Shown here: piece by piece, positions 29,042-39,235 of the stretch | How positions within the stretch are numbered: the stretch's first letter is position 1 | Layout of the letters: each line of letters opens with the position of its first letter | NCBI GenBank assembly: GCA_039815185.1 | Contig: JBCBZT010000017.1 | Span: 32,001-96,000, forward strand | Length of the DNA stretch: 64,000 nucleotides | From: Cyanobacteria bacterium P01_A01_bin.123 | Lineage (GTDB): Bacteria > Cyanobacteriota > Cyanobacteriia > Phormidesmidales > Phormidesmidaceae | Direction: 5' to 3' | The notes under the pieces: generated by a model | Told to the model about the DNA's origin: nothing | The model's input: the letters and a program-made list of their open reading frames with translations, nothing else | Database searches by the model: none | Position numbers and translations under genes: made by a program

Positions 29042-30593
29042 ATGCCCAAATGGTTCAACACCGCTGGCCCCTGTCAAGCTGACATTCATTACATGCTCTC
29101 TCCCCTAGCTCAACTTGTGGCAGTCGAGCTAGGGGAGAGAGCAGCGGGGTTACTTTGTCATCCATGCCCCTCGGCAAGTGGGTAAAACCACCGCCATGCT
29201 AGCCTTGGCCCAGCAGCTCACAGAAAGCGGCAAATATACCGCCGTAATGGTCTCCGCTGAAGTAGGTGCGCCCTTTCCCAACGATCCAGGCACAGCAGAA
29301 GCCGCCATGCTCGACAACTGGCGGAATACGATCAAGTTTAGACTTCCTGCCGATCTCCAACCCCCGATGTGGCCCTCGACGACTCCAGGTCAGCGCATCG
29401 GTACAGCCCTGAGTGAATGGGCGCAACAGTCTCCTCGGCCCTTAGTTGTATTGATTGACGAGATTGACGCCCTCCGGGATGAAACGCTCCTTTCTATCCT
29501 CCGCCAATTGGGGTCAGGCTATCCCAATCGCCCCCAAGGATTTCCCCATGCGCTGGCGTTGGTTGGTGTGCGAGATGTAAGGGATTATAAAATTGCCTCT
29601 GGTGGTAGTAATCGCTTGAATACCGCTAGTCCGTTTAATATCAAAGTTGAGTCCTTGACCTTGCCCAACTTTACGATGGCAGAGGTTGTGGAGTTGTATG
29701 AACAGCATACGATTGAAACGGGGCAAATCTTCACACCTGAAGCGGTTGAGTGGGCATTTGAGTTGACTCAAGGTCAACCTTGGTTAGTGAATGCTCTAGC
29801 TCGACAACTTGTGGAAGTGCTAGTACAAAACCCACACCAGCACATCACTAAAGATTATGTGGAACAGGCTAAAGAAAGCCTGATTCAGCGCCAAGATACT
29901 CACTTGGATAGCTTGGCTAGCATTCTTCGAGAGAACCGTGTCCGAGCTGTGCTTGAACCAATGCTGGCAGGACAGGAGTTGGGTAATGTTCTCCATGACG
30001 ATGTGCAATTTTTAATCGATTTAGGGTTATGTCGCCTGAGTCCCCAAGGGGGGCTAGTGATCGCTAATTCCATCTATCAGGAAGTTTTGCCCCGAGTTCT
30101 GAGCCAAACACCCCAAGCGTCCTTACCGCAAATTGCCCCGAGTTGGCTAACCTCCGAGGGAACGCTAAATTCTGAGAAATTGCTCCAGGCATTTCTCAAC
30201 TTTTGGCGGCAGCACGGCCAACCTTTACTTAAGAGTGCGCCCTATCATGAGATTGCCCCCCATCTGGTTTTGATGGCGTTTTTACATCGGGTGGTGGACG
30301 GCGGCGGTACCCTAGAACGGGAATATGCGATTGGATCTGACCGCATGGATCTCTGTTTGCGTTACGGAGCGGTAACCTTGGGGATGGAATTGAAGGTGTG
30401 GCGAGAAGGCCGTCCTGATCCTCTTAAGGCAGGACTAGATCAGTTGGATCGGTATCTGGCTGGATTGGGTTTAAAGACGGGCTGGTTGGTGATTTTCGAT
30501 CAGCGTCCGGGGTTACTACCCATTTCCGAGCGCACCACGACTGAAGCAGCGACAACATCAGGCGATCGCTTGGTGATTGTCATTCGGGGTTGA
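29042..30593 (+). pseudogene. P-loop ATPase with C-terminal PD-(D/E)XK-like domain; frameshifted near the 5' end
   Basis: ATG 29042 gives MPKWFNTAGPCQADIHYMLSP. The continuation EQRGYFVIHAPRQVGKTT (Walker A) is in the next frame. Walker B is LIDEID; the C-terminus has EREY...RMDL...MELK. Confidence 0.8.
29094..29143. repeat. Perfect 18-bp inverted repeat at the frameshift site
   Basis: tgctctctcccctagctc-N14-gagctaggggagagagca. Confidence 0.95.
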
Positions 30594-30706
30594 ATCAGAG
30601 CAGTTGAATGGGATGAGACCATAGGTTTAACGTTGTGTTTACGCATGAAACTCAAGGAAGCCCTATATTAAGTTTTGAATCAATTGAATTTTGAAATTGT
30701 GATGGA

Positions 30707-31378
30707 GTGTCCGTGGGGATTTGGTTGCAACGAATAGCCGGAATCGGTACTTTGAGTGGGGTACTGCTGAGCGCTTGTGGTCAGCTGAATACCCAACAGC
30801 TAGAAGCCGATATTGAGGCTGAGATCGAAGGCCAGGGACACCGGGTCTCTCTGCAATCGGTTCAGTGTCCTGACGGTATTACCCAACAAGAAGGGGTCGT
30901 TTTTTTCTGTGTGGGTGAGATAGACCCTGAAGGCAACTTCAATATCGAAGTGGTGCAAGAAGATAATCAGGGTGATGTGGCCTGGACTGTCGAAAGTTCT
31001 AGGGTGATTATCAATTTAGCGACCCTGGAGGCTGAACTCGAAACGGGGCTTGTGCAGGCGATCGGTCGGCGATCGCCCGTTGACTGCGGTGCGGCTTATC
31101 GGTTGAATCAGCCCAGTATTGCCTTCGAGTGCAATGTGGTGGGCGATCCCGTCCAAGGACAAGACCGAATCACAGCCATCTTGGTGACGACTGACGGACA
31201 AGGTAATGTCCAGTGGGAAGAAATTCGTCACACCCAGGCCCCTACCGAGGCAACAGATGAAGCCACGGATGAAGCGGGTGAAGCAACAGACGACACCTCA
31301 AACGCCAACCAATTAGAAAACGCTCAATCCGATCTCGCCGCTCAATCCAACGCAGTTGATTTATCCTCTGAAGACTAA
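30707..31378 (+). CDS. DUF4333-like lipoprotein
   Basis: Lipobox LLSAC; two repeats with V.CP/VDCG...F.C; acidic tail. Confidence 0.75.
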   Translation: MSVGIWLQRIAGIGTLSGVLLSACGQLNTQQLEADIEAEIEGQGHRVSLQSVQCPDGITQQEGVVFFCVGEIDPEGNFNIEVVQEDNQGDVAWTVESSRVIINLATLEAELETGLVQAIGRRSPVDCGAAYRLNQPSIAFECNVVGDPVQGQDRITAILVTTDGQGNVQWEEIRHTQAPTEATDEATDEAGEATDDTSNANQLENAQSDLAAQSNAVDLSSED

Positions 31379-31516
31379 TGACGACGACTCACCCCAACCG
31401 GGAGCCGCACCGATAGAATTGAGTTAAACCAGTCTTATCCACACGCTTACCTAGATTTAATTCGCCTCAAGGGTTTCTACCGATATTGTGGTTTGGAGTA
31501 GTTCCGTTAGTTGCCT

Positions 31517-32215
31517 ATGACGACTGTATTTGATTTTCTAGCCAAAGGTGGACCTGTAATGGTGCCTATCTTAGGCGCTTCAGTGTTTACCATTGCCACA
31601 GCGTTTGAGCGGGCTACTTTTTGGACGCGGTTACTCAAGCGGGAAGGCAAAATTGTCTCAGACGTCTTGGAAGCTGCCCGTCGAGATTTAGACGAGGCTG
31701 GCGCGATCGCGGCCCAAGCCCAGGACTTGCCCATTGGTCGCTTTCTACTGGCCCCACTCAAACTCAAAAATCCCTCCCCTGAAACCTTTCGTTTAGCCAT
31801 GGAAACCGCAGGCGATCGCGAGTTTGTAAAAATGCGCAAGGGCGACAAACTGCTGGAAACTGTTGTCGCAGTTGCTCCCTTGCTGGGTTTATTGGGGACG
31901 GTAACGGGGCTGATCGCCACCTTTGGTAGCCTCAATATCGGGGGTGGCGGCACTGGAGAACAGGCTTCTGAGGCGGCAGCCGGGATCGGGGAAGCGTTGA
32001 TTACCACTGCCGCAGGCATGGTTGTCGCCATTTTGGCGCTGTTGGTTTTCCGCGTGATGGTGACCCTGCAAGCCCAGCAGATTGACTACTTTTCTGAAGC
32101 GGGTAACGAACTCGAACTGATTTATCGTCAATACTGGTATGAACCTGCGCTGTTGGCAGCGGATCATCACCTACCCATAAGCGATCCCGCTCCACCGCAA
32201 CCGATCTCCCCATAA
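31517..32215 (+). CDS. exbB: MotA/TolQ/ExbB proton channel
   Basis: KGGPVMVPI, APLLGLLGTVTGLI, GIGEALITTAAG. Confidence 0.9.
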   Translation: MTTVFDFLAKGGPVMVPILGASVFTIATAFERATFWTRLLKREGKIVSDVLEAARRDLDEAGAIAAQAQDLPIGRFLLAPLKLKNPSPETFRLAMETAGDREFVKMRKGDKLLETVVAVAPLLGLLGTVTGLIATFGSLNIGGGGTGEQASEAAAGIGEALITTAAGMVVAILALLVFRVMVTLQAQQIDYFSEAGNELELIYRQYWYEPALLAADHHLPISDPAPPQPISP

Positions 32216-32293
32216 GCGACCCGTCTTGATTTGTCTTTCAGTCATCTGTCTTCCTACAACCTGTCTTTGTAGTAACTCTGCGATGTAGTAACC

Positions 32294-32737
32294 ATGCGAT
32301 TTCGACAGCAGCAAGAAGAGCCGGGTAAACTACCCCAGGTTGACTTAATCCCCATGCTTAACGTAATGATGGGGATTTTGGCCTTTTTTGTCATGATCAC
32401 CATGTCTCTCAGTGCCGATAAGGTGATGGAAGTGAACCTGCCTCCCAAAGGCGACGACGATGAAAATGCCGAAATCACCGCCGCTCAGCTCAAAGACTTA
32501 TTTATCGTCCAAATCGACGGGGAAAGGCAAATCACACTCAACCAGGAGCCCATCGATAAAGACGAACTAAGAGCCCGCATCGAAATCTTTTTAGCTGAGC
32601 AAGAAGACCGTACCGTCTACATCTTGCCCGACCAAGCCCTACCCTATGAAGAAGTGCTAATCTTCCTGGGTGAAATGCGCGCCGTCGGCGGCGATCGCGT
32701 CTCGTTAGCAATTGAAGCCTCTGAAGAAGAAGAGTAA
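32294..32737 (+). CDS. exbD: ExbD/TolR biopolymer transport protein
   Basis: VDLIPMLNVMM TM segment; PDQALPYEEV. Confidence 0.85.
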   Translation: MRFRQQQEEPGKLPQVDLIPMLNVMMGILAFFVMITMSLSADKVMEVNLPPKGDDDENAEITAAQLKDLFIVQIDGERQITLNQEPIDKDELRARIEIFLAEQEDRTVYILPDQALPYEEVLIFLGEMRAVGGDRVSLAIEASEEEE

Positions 32738-32742
32738 ACGCT

Positions 32743-33177
32743 ATGCGTTCCAAAAATCGTCGTCCTGCCTCCCGTATCCCTGAAGTTAACCTCGTGCCAA
32801 TGATGGACGTGTTGATGACGGTATTGACGTTTTTTATCATCATTTCTATGGGATTGACGGGACAGCAGTTGATGAATGTCAACTTACCTCGTGGCGGAGA
32901 CGGTAGCGGCGTAGATACTGAGGTTCAAGCCATTGGTGAAGAACAGGAAATTGAAAACCTAGTGATTGGTCTCGACAATCAGGGCAACATTTTGTTGGAC
33001 AATGAAGCGGTGAGTTTGGCAGTTTTGGGGCAGGCCGTGCAGCAGTTTGCGACCAGTAACACTGAAGGCAAAATTGTGCTCAAGGCCGATCGCGATTTGC
33101 CCTACGAGCAAGTGGCAGACCTATTGACTGATCTGCGGGATATCGGCGGCGATCGCGTATCGTTAGCCTTTGAATAA
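32743..33177 (+). CDS. exbD: ExbD/TolR biopolymer transport protein
   Basis: VNLVPMMDVLM TM segment; KADRDLPYEQV. Confidence 0.88.
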   Translation: MRSKNRRPASRIPEVNLVPMMDVLMTVLTFFIIISMGLTGQQLMNVNLPRGGDGSGVDTEVQAIGEEQEIENLVIGLDNQGNILLDNEAVSLAVLGQAVQQFATSNTEGKIVLKADRDLPYEQVADLLTDLRDIGGDRVSLAFE

Positions 33178-33185
33178 GTATTTTT

Positions 33186-34199
33186 ATGACCGATACCCTA
33201 TTTCGGGCTTATGTTCCGCTGCTGTTTTGGCCAGGATTAGGACTGTTATTGTTCCGAGTCCTGCCGGATACGTTTCCAAGGCTGTTGGGTCGTGCCCTCT
33301 ACTGGGTGGGTGTGCCCCTAGAAATCTTTAGCTTGATCCGCCGAGCCAGCCTCTCTGGAGAGGTGGGCCTCACCCCTGCGATCGCAGTCGGGGCTCTCGT
33401 GACCGGACTGCTGCTGGCAGAGCTCTGCTGGCGTGGCTTAAGCAGGTTAGCCGCCGTCAAGGTAGAATCGCTGGCGATCGCAGCTTGGAGCCCATTTCAT
33501 CAACCTCAGCTAACAGACGGGGCTGAGCCCCCAATGCCGATAGCAACTAATCGTGCCATCCAGGGCAGTTTTACGTTGGCGGCAATGATTGGCAATACGG
33601 GGTTTGTCGGTCTGGCGATCGCCCCAACCCTCGTCAACGATGAGTATTTAAGCTGGCTGGTGTTCTACAGCGTGGCCCACAATGTTCTCGGCAGCTACGG
33701 CTTAGGGGTATTCGTGGCGAGTTATTTTGGTCGGACTGCCCGTGATCAGGGCGGTTGGCAGCGGGTCAAAGATGTTTTAACAGTGCCATCGCTTTGGGCC
33801 TTTGGGTTGGGGTTAGGGACGCGATCGCTACCTTTTCCTGCAACGCTTGAAACCGGGCTCGAAGCCTCGGTTTGGGTGATTATTCCCTTGGCCCTTTTGC
33901 TAATGGGGATGCGCCTCAGTCAGATCCGCAGTTGGCAAAGTGTACGACTCGCATTGATCCCTTGCATCATCAAAATTGGGTTAATTCCTTTATTAGTCGG
34001 TATGGTCACACTGCTCATCGGATTGCCGAGACCAGCCTGTCTTGCCTTGGTCTTGATGTCTGGGATGCCCAGTGCATTTGCTAACCTAATTTTGGCTGAG
34101 GAATACGATCTCGATCGGGACTTGGTGGCAACTGCGATCGCCATGACCACCAGCTTAATTTTGGTCACAATTCCCTGTTGGCTCTGGCTTTTTGGTTAA
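33186..34199 (+). CDS. AEC (auxin efflux carrier) family transporter
   Basis: GNTGFVGL, MPSAFANLILAEEYDLD, multiple TMs. Confidence 0.88.
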   Translation: MTDTLFRAYVPLLFWPGLGLLLFRVLPDTFPRLLGRALYWVGVPLEIFSLIRRASLSGEVGLTPAIAVGALVTGLLLAELCWRGLSRLAAVKVESLAIAAWSPFHQPQLTDGAEPPMPIATNRAIQGSFTLAAMIGNTGFVGLAIAPTLVNDEYLSWLVFYSVAHNVLGSYGLGVFVASYFGRTARDQGGWQRVKDVLTVPSLWAFGLGLGTRSLPFPATLETGLEASVWVIIPLALLLMGMRLSQIRSWQSVRLALIPCIIKIGLIPLLVGMVTLLIGLPRPACLALVLMSGMPSAFANLILAEEYDLDRDLVATAIAMTTSLILVTIPCWLWLFG

Positions 34200-34207
34200 A
34201 ACTGGGC

Positions 34208-34239
34208 ATCCTGACCTAAGGCAATCCCGACCTAAGGCA
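34208..34239. repeat. 16-bp tandem duplication
   Basis: atcctgacctaaggca atcccgacctaaggca. Confidence 0.8.
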
Positions 34240-34448
34240 ACATGGGGGGGTAGGTTTAGGGTAATATCAAAGCCGCCAAGGATAATCCACTACCTTTTGA
34301 CAAACGTAACGGATATTTCCAAGTAGCCCCACGATTGTTGCCTGCCTGTCGGCATGAATCTCCGGAATCCCTGGCTAAGTCAGTGGTAAGAAGGAAGAGG
34401 CGATCGCCCTAATTTGATAGAATCTTTTCTGAATAGCGCTTTGAGCGT

Positions 34449-35057
34449 ATGCAATTACAAAGTCCAACTGACGTATCTTCTAAACCGCTGATTTTAGACA
34501 GCTTACCCGATATTGACCTGCCCAGCGAAGTTTGCCCCCGCCGGGCCAAAATGCAGGTCGATTTTCTCATGCTGGCTATTGAAGCCCTTGACCTAGGGGG
34601 CTCAGAAGCCATGCTGATTACAGTCCGTGACTTAGAATTGAAAGACGTCGTCAAAGGCCGCGTTGGGCTCTGGTTGTTGCGCGGTACCAACCCTTTACGG
34701 CTTTCGAGTCAGCGCCGTCCACTCACACTCATTGAGGCAAAAGCCTTGGTGATGATTATTTGTCATCTCTCCCGGCGGCTCACAGTGTTAATTCGTCAGT
34801 TACTTTTAGGCTATCAGCGCGTCACTGAGCAGCAGCTCTCTGTCGATCATTACTTTCGATTGGCTGATTATTTAACCCGCTTTCGGTCCCACTTCCGAGC
34901 CCGTATGAATCCCCGGCGGGCAGGCGTCATTGCCTACAGCTCCGATGAAAAACTCAACGAATTGGCCATTCAACTGTTGACCAAGCTACTTTTTTGCACC
35001 GGAACCTACGGCCCCCAGCGACTATGGAATAGCTTGTTTGATGGAGACGTGACATGA
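34449..35057 (+). CDS. DUF3038 family protein
   Basis: DFLMLAIEALDLGGSE, NPLR, LLFCTGTYGPQRLWNSLFDG. Confidence 0.85.
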   Translation: MQLQSPTDVSSKPLILDSLPDIDLPSEVCPRRAKMQVDFLMLAIEALDLGGSEAMLITVRDLELKDVVKGRVGLWLLRGTNPLRLSSQRRPLTLIEAKALVMIICHLSRRLTVLIRQLLLGYQRVTEQQLSVDHYFRLADYLTRFRSHFRARMNPRRAGVIAYSSDEKLNELAIQLLTKLLFCTGTYGPQRLWNSLFDGDVT

Positions 35058-36562
35058 CCATCCAGCGTCAATATATATTGCCTAACTGCAACCTAATTTT
35101 AGAAGGGTTGAGCACCGCCGTTGAACCCGCCCTAGAAGAGGTGATGTCGGTGGTCATGAATGCCGAGTGTCACTTTCCAGCTGAAAAGACCACCCTTAAA
35201 GGGGGGCGGGAATTTTTAGATGGTCTAGTAGGTGCGGTCAATCAGTATGGACAAAGCTTTTTGAGTGGGCTACCTGCGCGTCAAACGGTTAACGATAAAG
35301 TATCTCCCGTGCAAATTAAGCCAGGGGATGGCACTTATCACCATTTGTTAATTCAATCCCAGGTTTTAAGTGACGGTAGCGATGGCCCCACAGCAGACAA
35401 TCAGGCTCCCCAAGACATTAAGTTAACCACAGTGCAGCTCTTTGACTTGCTGGAAGCCGTTGACCAACTGGTGGCGGATGCTCAAACCTTGCCTGATCTC
35501 AAGTTTAGCCTGCAGCCCCTATCGCGACGGCTAGTGAAGCCCAGTGAACCTGTGGCCCAACGAACCCTGCCCGCCGCCGTGGGTGTATCAACTTTAGCCG
35601 CCGCCGCGATCGCTGTGGCATTATTGCCTGTCCCAGAGGTACGGCCCCCAGAGCAGCCTGAATCAGAGAGCGAGACGCAAGAACAGTCGGTTACGCCCTC
35701 GACGCCATCTACCAGTGATCTCAATGTTGATGAATCAGATGCGCCTGAAGCAGTCGTTGATGCGGTAACCGCAGCGGCTGTCCTAGATGGTCGCCCAGAG
35801 ACTGCCCCTGTAATTACTGATGGTGAAACCTTAGATCGACTCCAGCAATTGCTTTCGGAAGACTTACAAGAAGCATGGGGTGGCGACCCTAGCTTTGATG
35901 AAGATTTGAGCTTTCGGGTTGGGGTGTCCGAAACAGGAGACATTCTGGGCTACAAGTACGAAAATGATGCCGCGTTGGTCAATGTTGACGATACGCCCTT
36001 ACCTAGCCTGACCTATGTTCCGGTTGAACCTGAAGTGGTGCAGCAAGAGCCCATGGCGCAGTTTTCCGTCACCTTTGCCATGAATGGTATCGTAGAAGTT
36101 GAACCCGTCAATGCATCGGCTACTGCCGATGCAGCAGAGGCAGAAGATGAGTCTGATGAAGCGCCTGATTTAAATGAATCAGTTGAGACGGCTGACTCAG
36201 AAGCCTCAGAAGCCCCATCTGCTGCAACCAATGCCACAGACTTATCTAATGTGATTGACAACGAAGTCACTGACGTCAACAGCATTCGGACGCTTAATCG
36301 GCAACTTTACGAGGCTGTTGCAGCCGAGTTTGAGTCCGCTAACTACCCAGAAGACATCACCTACCAGGTGCGGGTAAATGACGCTGGGGAAATTATTGGT
36401 TATGAACCGGTTGATCAGGTCGCTAGCGATCAAGCCGATCGAACCCCACTGCCTGATTTGGTCAATGGGGCGGCAGCTACTGATCGACCTCAAGTCGATT
36501 TTAAATTGGTATTTACTGAAGGCGGTGTGATTCAGGTGAATCCGTGGAGAGGATGGCCATAG
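35054..36562 (+). CDS. DUF4335 family protein
   Basis: IQRQYILPNCNLILEG, LTTVQLFDLLEAVDQ; one TM; duplicated C-terminal domain ending PWRG. Confidence 0.82.
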   Translation: MTIQRQYILPNCNLILEGLSTAVEPALEEVMSVVMNAECHFPAEKTTLKGGREFLDGLVGAVNQYGQSFLSGLPARQTVNDKVSPVQIKPGDGTYHHLLIQSQVLSDGSDGPTADNQAPQDIKLTTVQLFDLLEAVDQLVADAQTLPDLKFSLQPLSRRLVKPSEPVAQRTLPAAVGVSTLAAAAIAVALLPVPEVRPPEQPESESETQEQSVTPSTPSTSDLNVDESDAPEAVVDAVTAAAVLDGRPETAPVITDGETLDRLQQLLSEDLQEAWGGDPSFDEDLSFRVGVSETGDILGYKYENDAALVNVDDTPLPSLTYVPVEPEVVQQEPMAQFSVTFAMNGIVEVEPVNASATADAAEAEDESDEAPDLNESVETADSEASEAPSAATNATDLSNVIDNEVTDVNSIRTLNRQLYEAVAAEFESANYPEDITYQVRVNDAGEIIGYEPVDQVASDQADRTPLPDLVNGAAATDRPQVDFKLVFTEGGVIQVNPWRGWP

Positions 36563-36664
36563 CTGAGGTGTGACGCCGCAGATTTAGTATCGCTTTAAGG
36601 CAAGGTGATCCTGATTTATAACAAGTGCGCTAGGCTGGAACCGAACTTTTGACGGAAGGGAGCG

Positions 36665-37819
36665 ATGACAGAAGGAGTCCCTACCCCCAAGCCCACCTCT
36701 GGTCTGCCCAAATCCGCAGCCCACTCTTTAGGTAATGTCAGTGCGTCGGGACAGGCTGTTTCTTCTGAGTCTGTTCAAGACTTAGCGGATCTACCCCAGT
36801 TCGATCAACTCCAGACTGAACCCAAAAGTGCGAGCAATCAGCGCCAATCTGACAGGCGATCGCGCTCATCCCAGGCTTCCCGGTCATCAAGGGGTGTGGT
36901 TCAGTTCTTGTTCACCACCCTCTTCCGCCTCATGCTGCTGGGCGCAGGCGGTTCTCTCTCTTGGTCAGTAGGGGTGCTAGTGGCTCATTTCAACCCAGCC
37001 CAATCCCAGACTAAGGTTCCATTGCAAGAGGTCACATTGCGGAGCACCAATCGCGTGATCACTAAGCTGCGACAGTTGCCGCAGTGGTGGCAGCAAGATG
37101 GTCTTGCTGTAGCGCCAGCAGCGCCAATTTTACTCCCCAACCGTGGCGTAACCGCAGTGCCAGGGAATCAAGGAGCCAGCGATTCAGCCCGCTCTGAACT
37201 CAGCCCAGCCCAGCGGGAAACGCTGCAATCAGATTTAGAGGCAGCACAGACAGATCTGTCAGCATTAGCCGAGCGCGTTGGGGCCCTAGAATCTGATTTG
37301 GGGCAAGCCAACGACGGGCGATCGCTGGAAAGACGCCTCGAAGTCATCGAACAACTGCTGACCCTAGGACAAGCTGATTCCCCTGATGCGCGGGCAGAGA
37401 CTGCCGCTGCTGAGGCTCCTATTGATCAATCTGGAACAGGAACGGCGATTCCAAGTTCGACCACACCGCGTCTCCCTCAAGTTACGCTTCCCAGTGATGT
37501 GCTGTTTGAACGCAACAGCTCTCAACTGAAGGCTGGGGCTGAGTCGATCTTAGATGCCATTGTTGTTGACCTATTGGCCTACCCCGGTTCAAATATTTTG
37601 ATCGCCAGCTATACCGATGATGTGGGTGATGCTGCGGACAACCGAGAGCTGTCATTTTTACGGGCCAGCGCTATCGAGCGTTACTTTCAGGAAATCTTGG
37701 GCGATCAATATCGCTGGGTTCCCATCGGCTACGGCGAAACTCGCCCTCTAACTGAAAATGCCACCGACTCCAACCGCCAACGCAATCGCCGAATTGAAAT
37801 TACGATTGATCAGCGATAG
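36665..37819 (+). CDS. OmpA-family peptidoglycan-binding domain protein
   Basis: TLPSDVLF, NRELSFLRA, GYGETRP, NRQRNRRIEI. Confidence 0.88.
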   Translation: MTEGVPTPKPTSGLPKSAAHSLGNVSASGQAVSSESVQDLADLPQFDQLQTEPKSASNQRQSDRRSRSSQASRSSRGVVQFLFTTLFRLMLLGAGGSLSWSVGVLVAHFNPAQSQTKVPLQEVTLRSTNRVITKLRQLPQWWQQDGLAVAPAAPILLPNRGVTAVPGNQGASDSARSELSPAQRETLQSDLEAAQTDLSALAERVGALESDLGQANDGRSLERRLEVIEQLLTLGQADSPDARAETAAAEAPIDQSGTGTAIPSSTTPRLPQVTLPSDVLFERNSSQLKAGAESILDAIVVDLLAYPGSNILIASYTDDVGDAADNRELSFLRASAIERYFQEILGDQYRWVPIGYGETRPLTENATDSNRQRNRRIEITIDQR

Positions 37820-37847
37820 GCATAGTGTGGTGTTCCTAAAAACTAGC

Positions 37848-37879
37848 AAAAAGGGCGTACGAAATAGGTACGCCCCCTT
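37848..37879 (-). terminator. Intrinsic terminator downstream of petE
   Basis: gggcgtac-N7-gtacgccc with A5 on the left (U tract on the minus strand). Confidence 0.65.
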
Positions 37880-37930
37880 GAAAAGTCATTTGTCTAGGCT
37901 TTAGACACTGATACCCAAAAAGGTCGCCTA

Positions 37931-38326
37931 CTATTCAACAATGATCTTACCGACCATGCCTGCACCACGGTGGGGTGCACAGTAGTAGGTATATTCACCC
38001 GGATCAACGTCGAAGGTAGAAGAGTAGTTCTCACCAGGGGCAAAGGTCAGTTGGCTATGGGAAAGCTTGTCAGCTAAACCCTTGTCGCTTAAGTCAAAAA
38101 TTACGTTGTGAGGAGCCATTTTGTTGTTGACCCAGGTCACAGTATCCCCAGCCTTAACCGTTATGGTGGAAGGTTCAAAAACAAGCAGCCCAGAATCAGA
38201 ACCCATCTTGACTTCATAGCCTGAAGCCGCAGCTGGAGCTGCTGCCATGACAAAGGTACTAATAACTAGGGCGATCGCGACCACGGCAATACCTAGGCTG
38301 CGAGATATCCGAGCGATAAATTTCAT
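37931..38326 (-). CDS. petE: Plastocyanin
   Basis: [34 protein letters not shown] (Cu ligands). Confidence 0.97.
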   Translation of the reverse strand: MKFIARISRSLGIAVVAIALVISTFVMAAAPAAASGYEVKMGSDSGLLVFEPSTITVKAGDTVTWVNNKMAPHNVIFDLSDKGLADKLSHSQLTFAPGENYSSTFDVDPGEYTYYCAPHRGAGMVGKIIVE

Positions 38327-38480
38327 AACTACCTCTAAACGCTGACTCTAAAACGTATGTCGTCCAGAAATAATTATATTGCCTATTTAGCGCGTTTCTC
38401 AATACACCATTGATAGACTTGCGATTTTGTTAGCCATGGGCAGGTGTCCATCTAAGATGCAAGGCTAGTCAATTGTGCCA

Positions 38481-38530
38481 AAAACAAAACTAAGGAGATC
38501 TTCAGCCGAAGATCTCCTTAGTTTTGTTTT
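38481..38530 (-). terminator. Long perfect hairpin terminator of psbV
   Basis: 23-bp arms aaaacaaaactaaggagatcttc/gaagatctccttagttttgtttt with a 4-nt loop. Confidence 0.8.
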
Positions 38531-38550
38531 ATCAAACTAGGATGCTTAAC

Positions 38551-39045
38551 CTATAAACTCTTGGTTTTACCAGCACCCCACATGGCACCAAGTACTTTAG
38601 GCTGAAGCAGAATATGCCCTGAAATTGCCACCAAATCATCTTCGGTCAGACTACGCATCTTTGGAAAGATGTCTGTACTCTTCATACTGGGGTGAAACTC
38701 AGAAATTTCCTGTAGACCATCGTAGGTGGTTGGATTCTTCAGATAATCCACCAATGCTTCAAGGTTATTACGATCGGGCAGGGCTCCTGCCAAGGCTTCA
38801 GGTTCTAGCCCCACATTGGGATTGGTTTTCGTAATTCCACTGACATGGCAGGTCGCACAGGCATAGTTGAATTGCTTCTTTCCGCGAGCGACTTCTTCTA
38901 AGCTCAGCACATAGGTATCGCCCGCTTCATTCAGCTTGACTGTCCGGATGGTTTCATCTAGCTGAGCAGCGATCGCGTTTCCAGCAAACAAATGCCCTAC
39001 CAAAAACACAGCCACCACAACCAGCCAAGTGCATCTCTTAAACAT
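38551..39045 (-). CDS. psbV: Photosystem II cytochrome c550
   Basis: CATCH heme motif, TKTNPNVGL, NPTTYDG, HPSMKSTDIFPKMR. Confidence 0.96.
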   Translation of the reverse strand: MFKRCTWLVVVAVFLVGHLFAGNAIAAQLDETIRTVKLNEAGDTYVLSLEEVARGKKQFNYACATCHVSGITKTNPNVGLEPEALAGALPDRNNLEALVDYLKNPTTYDGLQEISEFHPSMKSTDIFPKMRSLTEDDLVAISGHILLQPKVLGAMWGAGKTKSL

Positions 39046-39235
39046 GGTTCTCCTCAAAAAAATGGCTCAATGATTATTTCAAAAAGTCAACACAGCTTGA
39101 CTCAAATACCTTAGAGTTGCCCATGTTAAGCACAGGCAGGATTGAGTTAATCTCATACTCAATATCATGCCACCGAAGGGGGCAAACCCAAAATCCTACT
39201 GGGGAATCAGGATTCCACTGGGTGCTCTGCAATCT

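Noticed and set aside
29094..29143. Phase-variable invertible switch
   Set aside because: Inverting the 14-nt loop does not change length, so the frame is not restored; no recombinase is nearby
29178..30593. Intact gene starting at GTG 29178
   Set aside because: That start lies inside the Walker A motif (APRQVGKTT); the true N-terminus is at 29042 in another frame
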